Source: Marsupella aquatica
Lineage: Eukaryota > Plantae > Marchantiophyta
Direction of reading: 5' to 3'
DNA: 64,000 nt
Assembly (NCBI GenBank): GCA_973895155.1
Contig: OZ316896.1
Coordinates: 21,761,150 to 21,825,149 of the forward strand
The notes below the pieces were generated by a model that was given only the letters and a program-made list of their open reading frames with translations, did not search any database and was not told where the DNA came from. A program made the translations under genes and the position numbers. Shown here piece after piece: positions 14,986 through 27,020 of the stretch; position 1 is the first letter of the stretch; each line of letters begins with the position of its first letter.

Positions 14986-15152
14986 GCCAGGGCATTTATG
15001 GGGCAACGAGAAACATACATGTGCAGGGGTGTACATTTCCTCCATCAATGATCAGGGAAAACAGCTAATGGAATCCAACGACTGTGGATGTTTCCCACCC
15101 AGGAGCTTTTTGGTATTGGGATGAAGGACGGATCCCTTATTATAGTTGTAGA
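14986..15152 (+). repeat. Dispersed ~180-bp repeat, copy 2
   Basis: Direct match to 12198-12377. Confidence 0.7.
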
Positions 15153-16904
15153 TGTGTAGAATAAGGAAAGTGCTTACACCATTGGCAAAGGTCTTACCAG
15201 GTGTAGCTCCTGGAATCTGCTGAAATACAATTGGGAATCTGCTGAAATACAATTGGTTCTGATGTTTTCCGTCGTGTACTCTAGCTTTCCAGTGTCACTC
15301 TTACAGTCGTCCATCAGGAGCATCAATTGTTAGAAACAAGTCCCTGGAATTGTGGACCAGAGAATTCGTGAAGCAGTTTTGCTAAAATGTGAAAAGGGGG
15401 TGTTAAGAAGTGAGGCACAGGATGAACACTTCCAAGGCATAGCCTACAAGCAGGCCTACAAGGCATTGTCTTTCTTTCAATAAGTACAAGGGTTTTTGCC
15501 GCCCTAATTCTTTTGCCAGTTGCTGGGTTTGGGTGTTCCGGTGGCCTTTCCTTCAGTTTGGAATAAATGTATGATTATGGATCCCAACATAGATGTGTGT
15601 ACAAGTCCAGCCATTTTACTCTAAATCTATGTCATCTTGGTCAATCATGTTTCCATGAATCCTGTGCAAGATCAGGAATCTCATCCAAGCAAAACTTTGA
15701 ATCTCCTGCTGGCGAGCCTGCTGGATTTCCCTTCCCATTACCCTTCCAAAAAGACTTTGCAATGGACATTGGACATACACGAGCTTCCATGGCTGCCCTT
15801 TGGTTAAAAGAATTAATATATTAACTTGACCACATAATACATATCCACATAGCAATTGGTCGTCTAAAAGGTGTATAAATTTATTTGAACTATGCTTTAC
15901 CTCAGAAATGAACACTTTGTTTGGAGCATTCCTATGATCAGGCACACCAGCAGACCTGAGGCAGCAGACTCAGGTAGAGAAAGCCAGGTTTTAACCTTTA
16001 GTGGCAATCAGGCCATGATTGCCATTCCAAGTGACAGTTCCCCAAAAGTGCACTTAATGCTTTCCAATGGGACCCAACAGATCTACTTGCCTGCTCCTGT
16101 GTGCTCTACCATTGAGCTAGGGCTCGTTCACAGCATACTAGCTTTAATGGTATAGCTCCTCCTGTATGAGAATTTTTACTTACTGATTTAGTGGAGACCG
16201 AATTTAACTGCCCTACCACTTTAGACAACAACACTCTCTCATTTAGTGGAGAAATGTGGGTAATTGGGTCCCAACACTTAGAAAAATCATGCCATGCTTA
16301 GATACATGGTTTGCAATGTCACTCTCCATGTGTTCATCGCCTTGTGATTTAGTTTTCATTTGCCCAAGTCAGACGAGAGATATGCTTAGTAGACCCCCTT
16401 CTGGAAAAAGTTTGCTTAATCCACCCCCTCCATACTTTTCCCCAATCTGGGTCGTTGATGGACCTTTCAATCTCAGATCTGGACTGGAGTCATCAAACTA
16501 CTCTCCTTTGTCCACCAATATCTACAAAATCCTCAGCATACTAACTAATGCACTGGCTTTCTTTCCGTTCCTTTCTTTGATGATTTTGTTTATGGAAAGT
16601 TACTAATGTACCATCACAAATTGACGTGTTTATTCATCCTTGCATTCTGGAAAACAATTTTGCTCTTTTTTGGATTCTTTGCACGACCTCACAGACTTTT
16701 TCTTCCCCGTTCCCTTTTACTTGGTGGCTTGGTTGGATGGGAATTCCATACTTAAACACCCCTTGTGAATCTTCCAATCTGTAAGTTATGGACCAAAGCC
16801 CCCTCCCCACCTTCGCCATGGGGATTCACAGATTTAAATCTTTGTGCTACTACGGTAGTGCCATCAGAGCATTGCCTCTTCCCAAGGATAATTTTCTCAA
16901 GTGT

Positions 16905-17170
16905 ATCATTGGTTACAGAACCCCATTAGGGGTCCTTTGCAAAATTCCTGGCTCCACAGCATACCACATCATCATGGCACGCTGCAAACAGGAAGAGACT
17001 TGTTTTTGGATAGATTGACTTCTGCATTCGTGTTTGTGGCAAGTTTTTTGTAAAAACTAGGACGCCATGCCGTAAAACAGAATGTAAAAAAAACTGACAT
17101 GTAAATCAAAAAACAAAAAGATTGAGGTAAAACTGCTCCCAATAACTGTTTTATTTATATTTTGATTTTA
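16905..17170 (+). repeat. Dispersed TE-like repeat, copy 1 (copy 2 at ~42765-43010)
   Basis: Both copies share CAAAATTCCTGGC.CCACAGC and GGACG.CATGCCGTAAAA in the same order. Confidence 0.6.
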
Positions 17171-20100
17171 TTCAAAACATAAAATTTTCCCGGTAGCAAT
17201 TTTTGATTTGACATTGTTGAGTCAAATCATAATGAAAACTCACGTATAATATGGCATTAGAAAGATCTTGAAGAGACAGTCCTGATGAGCTCAACATTGT
17301 TATCATTTGGTAAGAATTGAGTAAATAATTTGAAAAATATATTTTACCCGTGATTTCATAGTCTCTAACGTGAATAGAAATCTTTGTTGTACAACCCCTG
17401 AAATCTTGACCCCTTCCATGAGAATGAACCTAAAATTGACATAATTTATCGAGTACTAAGGAGATTATGAATTTAGAATTTCTTTAGCTTTTAATGAACT
17501 TAACATTGATAGATTTAGTTGAGTTCTGAGTAGATTATAAGTTTCCAATGTTCTTTAGCTTTCCAATGAGTGTAACATTGGGAGATTTTATCAAGTACTA
17601 AAATGGTCATGAGTTTCTAAATTTCTCTAGCTTTCAATCGATTTCAAATTCCACAATTGGAGATTTGTTTCCATGAAACTTTTTGTCTTAAATGATTATG
17701 CAAAAGTTAATGATTTGATGACACCGATGACTTCTCTCTCTTCGTCTATCTGCGTGTAGGAATTGAAAGTGATTACTTTTGATGCAACTTATGTGCATCC
17801 AGCAACCCTTCGGTACCATGGAGGAAACCGTCGAGCACCGTTTTGCTGAAGTGGGCAATTAAGCTACCCACATATTAAATATTAGTTCACAATGCAACTG
17901 GTTTTGCAATTGCTGTTAATTATGGTTGCCTTGGTAAGTTTGGCAACTGTTTCAAGTGTCAAACATTGACTTGTCCATTTTGAAATTTTTTTCTTTGGAT
18001 TTGGAGGTCCATCTAGGCTTCAGTTTCTAGATAACTATCTCTGAAATAACATGGGGGTCCACGGATTAATTATGCACCATCACCCACTTTCAGGGGCTAT
18101 GGTCACTAACCCCTTGGAGTTGAGTGTCTTGGAGATTAAAACCCATATTAAGTTGGAGAGGATGAAGACTTGTGTTAAGCCACACCTAACCTCAAGGTGA
18201 CACAGTCCCCTGCAACTGGCCATGGATTCAATCTACTTTCTCTCAAGCCCTCCATCCCTGTAATATACTAATTGGGTAATAGTGCTACACTTGAGCGGTA
18301 AGGTAATTGGATCCACATATTTGAAAATTACATAAGAGGTACCCCTATTAGACCGCATTAGTAAAATCATGACTTCGAATGTGGTGGTCACTTTTGAACC
18401 TCTTTGGCTGTCCCTTCATTGTACTTGAATTGGCTTTTGGGGAAATTATGACCACTTTACACTCAAGTGATTGGTACTTGTCTTGAAACTCTTACGTGCA
18501 AATCTTTCCTTTTGTCATGTAGTGTCACTTTTTGTCAGAAAGAGTCACCAAATGCGAATAGAAATAACGTATTTGCTCTAATTTAAAATATACTATATCT
18601 AGTTTCCAGTAGTCACACAGCTAAAAAAACGTTTCCAAAATAATGACACACAAAAAGGAAGCAAGTTGCATCCCTTGAGCGCTGTGCACCACTACACTAC
18701 TCCACTACTCCACTACAGTAGAATTTTTATTTATTTATTTTTCTAAAGCGAAGATGAGAAGAAAGTACGGAACTTTTAAAGGACGACCGCAGTACCAAGG
18801 TACTACAGTCTGAGCGGTCCCACTCCCCAGACCCCACTGAAAGCAGATCTGCAGTACCTTCGTACTTTGCCCGTCCTCCCTTATCGCTACAGTAGCAGGT
18901 AGGAAGTACGAAGGGCTCTCGTATGCGGACGTATTCGTAGCCTAGCTACTCACGAGTCGCGACAAACCGGCACTGCGGCATCGACGGCGTGAACGCTTCT
19001 GGATCGTAGCGCCCGTACTGGATGACGTAAGTGACGACGTAGCTAAATTAATAATTAAATTAAATAAAGCAGCGCCGCTACGGAACTCCCGTTGCCACGG
19101 CGCGCCCCAGGATCAAAAGGTGTCGGGGAACCCGTGAAGCGAGTATTCCTGTTTTGAATGAAGCCCCAATGGACTCAATTGTTTGGTATAATTCCTGGAT
19201 GGACCCAGAGTAAAACCCTTTCTATACTCAGATGGCAATTCTCGTTTGTAACAGAATCCATACTGTTCTCGGTAACGGAAAATCGGTCCATCCGGGTTAC
19301 AAGGTTCCCTCAGTTTCTTCCTCTGCACGACTGCACTGTCTTTCTCTGTGGTTCGTTGGACGTACGGACGTACGTCCGTACGTCCGTACGTCCCGGGTCC
19401 GTGGGCTTAGAGCTCCCCTTCCTCGGTCCATCGACTGCCGCTTCGTCGGCACGTCCCTGCCGTCATGAACAACGGACGGACATGGGCCCGGCCTTTAAAA
19501 GCGGTCGTATGGCATTGTGGTTGGTTGGCGGGTCTCTCATTTTTGGCCTGGTTTGTGATTTGCTCCGTCAGGATCTGCCCATGAGGGTAATTTTTAAAGG
19601 TTTTCTCATTTCCGCCATGGTGGCGAAAGTGTGAAGGAGAAGATACTAGGAATAATCTTTATCTGAATTTCACAGATTTAATCTTGACCCTAGATTTAAG
19701 GATCATATTAATGGGTCTGTGGCTAGGTGGGAACTGGCTATCTGAAAACAAAAGTCTGGCCAAATTTGGCTTAATGGTTACCCATGACAACAATTTTTGG
19801 GATGGCCTGGAGGCTCCATTCCCTGCAGTTTATTATGGTCACACCTCCACTATAAAAGCCTCATTCCATGTCTCATTATTCACCATAAAAGGTGAAACAC
19901 TAGCACCTTTTGTGGAATACTTGTCAAAAAAAGTTTTGCAGTCAGCACCTTTTGTGGAGCTCAAAGTCCATTCTTGAACAATTGCTCTTTACAATGAGAG
20001 CTACAGGTTACCCGTAGCCCTTTATAGGGGCAGGTGTGGTTTAAACTTGTCACCCTAAACCCTTGATGAACCAGATGTTGAGTAGTCACAAAAGAATCTC

Positions 20101-21885
20101 ATTTAGAGAATAGCTATTGGAAGTTTCTGATGGACCCATTCGTTCAAGTAGTTCCCAGAGTAAGTTGTAAATTTGAAATGATCTCTTTTGCACAGACTTT
20201 CCTTGTGAATCTTCCTTATGCATTTTCATTGAATGTTATGGGCCATAAACCCTTGACACCCTGGTTGGGTATTCCCTAATTTAAATCTCTGTGTCACTGG
20301 CAAAAACCAAGGTGATGGCTCCTCCTAAGGATAGTTCTTTTGTATTCACTTTTTGGGTATATGCCATCCCCTCTTCAGGGGCAATGGTTTGTAACTTGGC
20401 CTTACTCACAGCCCGGAGATTGCAGCACGTAACTCCCTCAAGGGGGCCGGCTACCCCCAAAATTGTCACCTTGATCAATGAGATCCTTTCACATTGATGG
20501 ACCAATATTTACCAAAGTCAGTATTTACCAACATCTAATACCTTGATAAATAAAATGTTCATTTCTGAGCCCAAAGAATTTGATCATTCAAAGGTACAAC
20601 ACAGGGCTGGTCCAACAAAGTGGCTGGTCTGTATGTGACAGCCGGCCAAGACTGACCCACAACTGTGATTAAACGTCTGCTATGGTGAATCCACTTGGCA
20701 CACTCTCAGCTGACAGGTTTTAGTGAGTGTCAAGGGTGGGGCGGGTGGAGAAGCTTGCCGGACCCTTCACAAACCCAAATGCACATGCACCAATTGTCTC
20801 ACCAGCTGGCTAACCAATGGTGGGCTCTTTGGTGTGCACCAGTAGGAATGCTCATACAACCAACAGTACTTGCATTTTATTCTACAACCTTGCCACTCAT
20901 TCATTTACTGAGTTGCATATAGCACAAGTGGGGGGGGGGAGCTTGTACAAACCGCCACAAAGAACCTCTATAATGCCCTGCCATCCGGCCCTTTTTGCAT
21001 ATTATTCTAGGCCCTCGCCACTCAGTCATTTAGTGAGTTGCACATATGAAGCAACTGGTTGGAATGCTCTTACAAACCCCCAGAAAAAAATCCCTCTCAT
21101 GCCCTGCCTGTAGATTATTCTAGGACCTTGCCATTCACTGAGCTGCATCCAGACCATGATTTGTGCCTTGCCTCAGCATGTTATTCCAGGACCTTGTCAT
21201 CCACTCATTTAATGACCCACGTATAGAGCAACTTGTGCCCTACCTGCATGGTAGGACCTGGCCATTCATTCATTTACTGAGTTGCATATAGAGTGAATTG
21301 TGGAAACCTTTATGACAAAAAGCTATGGATCATCAATTTGGTAGTCCATAACTTGAATTCAGTTTGTGAACATTAACTATTAAGTTAAGGTCCATCAAAT
21401 GTGGAAGTTTGAGACCGCTTGTTATATGATCCCATAATTCACTGTAAGGAGGACTTAGCTTATATGGTTAAGGATCTCCGGTATTTGTTAGTGGGATATA
21501 ATGTCGACCATATATATTGCTAACTCACATAATGCAAAGACCATATATTTGGAAGGTTTTTTATTCCATTAAGGGATTACCCCAGAATATTAGCTGTTCG
21601 TTAAGGTCGGCAAGGAATATCCCTAGCACTGCGCAAAAGTGCTGCCCTCCAAGCAAAATCCATCGGCTAGGGACACTGTTATGTATCCTTCATTTCTAAT
21701 GAGATGTAATATGTGGGAAAATGGACTTACATGTCAACTTGAGTGATCTAAACATGAATGTAACCCAAGACTACCTTAACTACATTTTTTTTGGCTTTGA
21801 AAGATCTTTTTTAATTCTATTCAAAGGCAGCACACAAATAGGCGGCCACAAGGGCAACACCAAGAGTGGACCAGAGGTCATAAGT

Positions 21886-24869
21886 AGTCATGGAACTCGA
21901 CTACCTTAACACTTAGCTCCAGCGTCGCTGACTCCGACGCCAAGCTCCCTTATGGTCCAAGCCCGGATAGGCCATCCGGGGAAGACTTAGCATTGGGAGA
22001 CTTGTGGGCAACGAGACGTGGCGCTAGCGAAGGCAAGGAGCCAAGCTGGTGACACACACTAAAGACTTAGACTAGCTGAGAGCTGGTCGGCTCAAGGGGA
22101 AATGGGCAGGGCTCAAGGACGACCGTCCGGACCTCCGGATGGACTTTGAGTTCTGATGGCTTGAGTGTGAGCTCCTCTTGGGCCCAAGGCCAATGGAGTT
22201 GACGCCATGGGCAACGGACGCTTGGGGGCGCAAGTTATGGCCCGATCCGGGTTGGGCCCATCTGGGGCCCCAAGCGGCGATGAGACCTGAGGGCCTAAGC
22301 ATGAGCACTGGGTCGGCTCAATCACAACGGGCTAAGGCACTCCGCTTGCGAATGCCTAACGAGAAAGTTGTGGGCGTTGCCAGCTGGTGGCGCGCCCATT
22401 ATGCGCAATAGGATCTGGGTTGGGGGCCAAATATTTAGGGACCAAAGCTGGTCCGGGGGTGGCAGGTCTCAAGAAGCATATATGAGGGGAGTGGTGTCTC
22501 CCTGGGGGCTAAGGGCGAGCCGAAGCCGTGAGCCGTGGTGGTCGCGACACTAAGGAAACCGCCAAACGGAAACGACAATATCTTCCCAACGGGAAGTCCG
22601 TTGGAGGACTTCTTGGGTGCGTTGGAAAGCTCTCGACAAAGGCTACGCCCTCTCGAGCTCAACTGGGTCTAGGGGCACCATGGGTTCTTGGGGGTTGCGG
22701 GTGTTAACTCACCCGCTTGCCAAATCCTGCCAAATAGCAGCCAAATCGCGTTCAGTCTCCCAAGGGAGTTTGCGTTGGGGAGGCAAGGCCAAGTAGATGT
22801 GGAGGTTGAGTTCCAAGAGTGTTCGGCCCCTAGATCACCAGTGGGGCAAATTGGGAGTTTGTTGCTAGAGTCAGTGGTGGACCTCGCCACCCAGCGCCCT
22901 CACCAATCCCAACACTTGCGCCTAAGTGCCCTTGGTGCCTGAACGCCTCCACGGAATACCTCGAGCAAGCATCCAAGTGCCGCTAGCACCACCTGCGGCC
23001 ACTCCCATACGAAGCCGCACTTGCTCACCTACACGACCGCTACTCAACGGTCCTCACTATCTGCACAAACAACCAAGCACCTCGGTAAGTAACCCCTCCG
23101 GATCTAGAACTCGCCCATTCTAGCATCCTAACTCAAGCTCAACAGACGTTGGTAAATAGGTCAGCGATAGGTCTTCTCGATGCCATAAGCCGAAACCAGA
23201 ACCCACGCCCATTGTCCGTCCAGGACATCTCCTTCCTTGGGTGCAGCCCGGGTTCCCCCTTGTACCTATCCATCACCGACTGACCGCCCTGACCTTAGGA
23301 CATGCTCATGACCCAAATAGCGTAGCTTGCCCTAAAGCTTGTCCCAACACGCCGGGACCACAACGGCCCCGACTCTAACAACCGCTCTCGGTTTGCCCCA
23401 CTGATGGTCTAGGGACCGAGCGCCCTCAGGACTCAGCCTCCCTACTTACTTGGCCTTGCCTCCCCAACGCAAGCTCCCTTGGGAGGCTGAATGTGGCTTG
23501 GCTGCTATTCGATAGGATTTGGCAAGCGGGCGAGCTAACACCCACCAACCATGAGAACCCATGGCACCCCCGGACCCATCTGAGCTCAGGAGAACGTAGC
23601 CCTCCTCAAGAGCTTTCCAACGAACCCAAGAAGTCCTCCAACAGACTTCCCGTTGGGAAGATATCACAACTTCTGTTTGGCGATTTCCCTTAGTGTCGCG
23701 ACCGCCGCGGCTCACGACTTCGGCTCGCCCTTAGCCCCCAGGGAGACACCACTCCCCTCATATATGCTTCTGGAAACCTGCCACCCTCGGACCAACTTTG
23801 GTCCCTAAACATTTGGCCCCCAACCCGGATCTCATCGCACATAATGGGCGCGGCACCAACTGGCAACGCCCATAACTTTCTTGATAGGCATCCGCAAGCG
23901 GAGTGCCTTAGCCCGTTGTGACCGGGCTGACCCAGAACTCATGCCTAGGCCCCCAGGTCTGATCGCCGCTTAGGGCCCCCGACCGGCCCAACCCAGATCG
24001 GGCCACAACTTGCGCCCCAAGCGTCCGTTGCCAATGGCGTCAACTCCATTGGCCTTGGGCCCAAGAGGAGCTCACTCCCAAGCCCTCAGAACTCAAAGCC
24101 CATCCGACGGTCCGGATGGCCATCCTTGAGTCCAGCCCATTTGCCCTTGACCCGACCAGCCATAGGCTAGTCCAAGTCCTTAGTTTGTGTCCCCAGCTTG
24201 GCCCCTTGCCTCGCCAATGCCACGTCTCATTGCCCACAAGTCTCCCCATGCTAAGTCCTCCCCGGATGGCCTATCCGGGCCTGGACCATAAGGGAGCTCG
24301 GCGTCGGAGTCAGCTACGCCGGAGCTGCGTGTTAAGGTAGTCGAGTTCCGCGACTGAGTCGGGGCCATTCTGGTCCCAGCGTGTTGGGACAAGCTTGGGA
24401 CAAGCTTTAGGGCAAGCTACGCTATTTGGGCCATGAGCATGTCCTGGGGTCAGGGCGGTCAGTTGGTGATGGATAGGTACGAGGGGGAACCTAGGCCGCG
24501 CCCAAGGAAGGAGTTGTTCTGGACGAACAGTGGACGTGGGTTCTGGTTCCGGCTTATGGCATTGGGAGGACCTATCGCTGACCTATTTACCAACGTCTGT
24601 TGAACTTGAGTTAGGATGCTAGACTTGGCAAGTTCTAGATCCTGAAGGGTTACTTACCGAGGTGCTTGGTTGCTTGTGCAGACAGTGAAGACCATTGAGT
24701 AGCGGTCGTGTTGGAGAGCAAGTGCGGCTTTGTATGGGAGGGGCCGCTGGCGGTGCAAGGGGCACTAGGTTGCTTGCTCGAGGTATTCCGTGGAGGCGTT
24801 CGGGCACCAGGGGCACTTGGGTGTGAGTGCTAGGATTGGTGAGGGCACTGGGTGGCAAGGTCCACCACT
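21886..24869 (-). mobile_element. Outer solo-LTR-like element (~1.5 kb, split into 21886-22872 and 24361-24869) with AGT...ACT ends and 5-bp TSD TAAGT
   Basis: TAAGT occurs at 21881-21885 and 24870-24874. The sequence is the reverse complement of the inner copy 22873-24355 along its full length. Strand is given only relative to the inner copy. Confidence 0.85.
22873..24355 (+). mobile_element. Inner solo-LTR-like element (1483 bp), same family, opposite orientation, 5-bp TSD GAGTC
   Basis: GAGTC occurs at 22868-22872 and 24356-24360. The ends AGTGGTGGA...TCCGCGACT form a short imperfect inverted repeat. Confidence 0.85.
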
Positions 24870-26244
24870 TAAGTGCAAAAAAAACCTGGTGGGATTGGTG
24901 CCAGGACAGAGACTTAGAGCCAACTTGCATCTGGGCGTCTCAGGAATGTGGCACATAGCTGGAGTGAAAGATTAGGGGAAAAACAGATCTTGGATCACAA
25001 ATACTCTTATCAAATGCACAACGCAGTGCAATCCACAACTTAACTTTTTGTTTATGTGACAGTTTGAAGTCAGGACTTCAAGGGTCGAAAATGTTCCAGC
25101 CATTGCTGTCGAAAGTGCTAATTTGGTGGCGTCAGGCCTGGCATGGGAGGTAGTTACCACTCCCATGCCACTTGTATTCTACCGCCAGTCAGGTTTAGGG
25201 CCAAAAATGCAAGGGCAGCTCAGATTACATGCAAGTTGGGTCTAAGGTCTATTTATTTGCATGTGCAAGGTCCTCCAAAAAGTGGCCCTTACCAGCCCAC
25301 AAATGTAGGTAAGAAGTGTTGGGTTTGCACACATCAGCACAGGCAGGACGATGTGTGTAACAATTTGTTTGTTTTATATGAGATTCAAAGTTTAGCTAGA
25401 CAGTAAGGGCCACAAACATTGCACATGTAAAGTCCTCAACTATTGCCATGATCGAGGACGGGCTGAGGAGGGGAGTGAGGCAGGAAAGACTCGTGCAGTG
25501 CAAAGATGTCACTAGAACACTTAAAATGCCGATAATCTCAAGGCCACCACATGCAAAAGTGGTCCTAGTAAGGGGTCTCCAATGTGGGCATCTCAAACTA
25601 GGGCATCTCAAACTTGCTCTCTAGCTCCCCGGTTTTTTTGGTCAACCTTTCTAAGAAATCTATGTCTGCGACCTAGACTGAAATCCAACTTAATCCACAG
25701 GGTTTCAGGTTTACGATGGGTTTTAACAGCTATTGTGGTTCAGCGGGGCCCCGACAATTTCAGAATGGCTCTGACAATTCTCAAAGGGTGCAAACAATTC
25801 TTGAAGCACGCCAACGCATATTGCACAAAACAACTTTTGTTGCAGACGGTGGTGTGTTGATTGCCCCAGTTAGTAACAATCACCTTTTGCGGGAACCGTC
25901 CGTGGCCCGTGGCCTGGCAAGCGTCATTTTGGTCAGGGGAAACGTCCAGGAATGAGCTGGTTTGAAATGCACTAGTAGGGTGTCTCAAAGTTGGATAGTT
26001 AGTTACACTTGTCTCAGAATCTATATTATTTTCCCCTCCATTCTTGATCAGCCCCCACATCAAATATAGTATCCATCACCACGTCAAGCACAAAGCCCAT
26101 GTGCCTTCACTTGCGGCTTTCCAGAGTTCAGAATCCTGGATTTTCGAGATTTTTGAATTTGCATCTAAAATTGCAAGAAAATTACAGGTTAAGTGCTGAG
26201 CCTGCGGGCTTTCCTTATGGTAGTTGAAGATCAACTCCCATAAC

Positions 26245-26698
26245 TTTTATGCGAGTTCCTGTAATAGTGGAGTCTTATGGAAGTTCATGGAGTTCCCGTA
26301 ATATTGGACTTATGAGATACCTTATAATAGTGGACTCTTATAGGAGTTCACGTAATAATGGACTTATGAGATACTTTAATATTGAACTCTTATGGGAGAC
26401 TCTTATGGGAATTCAAGTAATAATGGACTTATGAGATACCTTATCTTCTTAATGGGACACCTTAATATTGGACTCTTATGGGAGTTCAGGTAATAATGGA
26501 CTTATGAGATACCTTATCTTCTTAATGGGATACCTTAATATTGGACTCTTATAGTCTTATGGGAGTTCAAGTAATAATGGACTTATGAGATACGTTATCT
26601 TCTTAATGGGATACTTTAATATTGGACTTATGAAATACCTTATCTTCTTAATGGGATACCTTAATATTGGACTTATGAGATACCTTATCTTCTTAATG
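26245..26698. repeat. AT-rich minisatellite of variable ~45-70 bp units
   Basis: Core GGACTTATGAGATACCTTATCTTCTTAATGGGATACCTTAATATT is repeated with variants. Confidence 0.9.
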
Positions 26699-26857
26699 CG
26701 GCTTTGAAACGCCCTAGTGTACCTTAATGCCAGGCTTTGAAACCCTTTGAAACGCCCTACGGCAGTGTATATATTTTAAGGGGAAGCAACAGAAAAACAT
26801 CCTTATAATATCCGCGCGCCCTGTCCCCATGTTATTTCTGCCCTGCGTGCCTGCCCG

Positions 26858-27020
26858 CTCCTCTCCTCTCCTCTCCTCTCCTCTCCTGTCCTGTCCTGTC
26901 CTCCTGCCAGCCTAGCCTATCCTAGACTGTCCCCCGGTTTCGTTGAGCGCACGCTCCGCCGGTCGGGAAAAAGGAAAGGAAAGGAAAGGAAAGGAAAGGG
27001 AAAGAGAAAGAGGAAGGAAA
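26858..27020 (+). promoter_or_regulatory. Pyrimidine (CTCTC/CTGTC) and GAAAG microsatellites near a putative TSS, downstream of TATA-like motifs
   Basis: TATATA ~26768 and TATAATA ~26804, then (CTCTC)n (CTGTC)n and (GGAAA)n at the start of a CpG-rich leader-like region. Confidence 0.45.

Noticed and set aside
14974-14990. CATAGGGAGCCAGGC resembles the miR160 target/complement
   Set aside because: Partial match at the edge of a dispersed repeat, with no hairpin or ARF coding context.
22072-24975. Many short ORFs in the nested repeat
   Set aside because: They come from GC-rich LTR-like sequence, are broken differently in the two copies, and show no domains.
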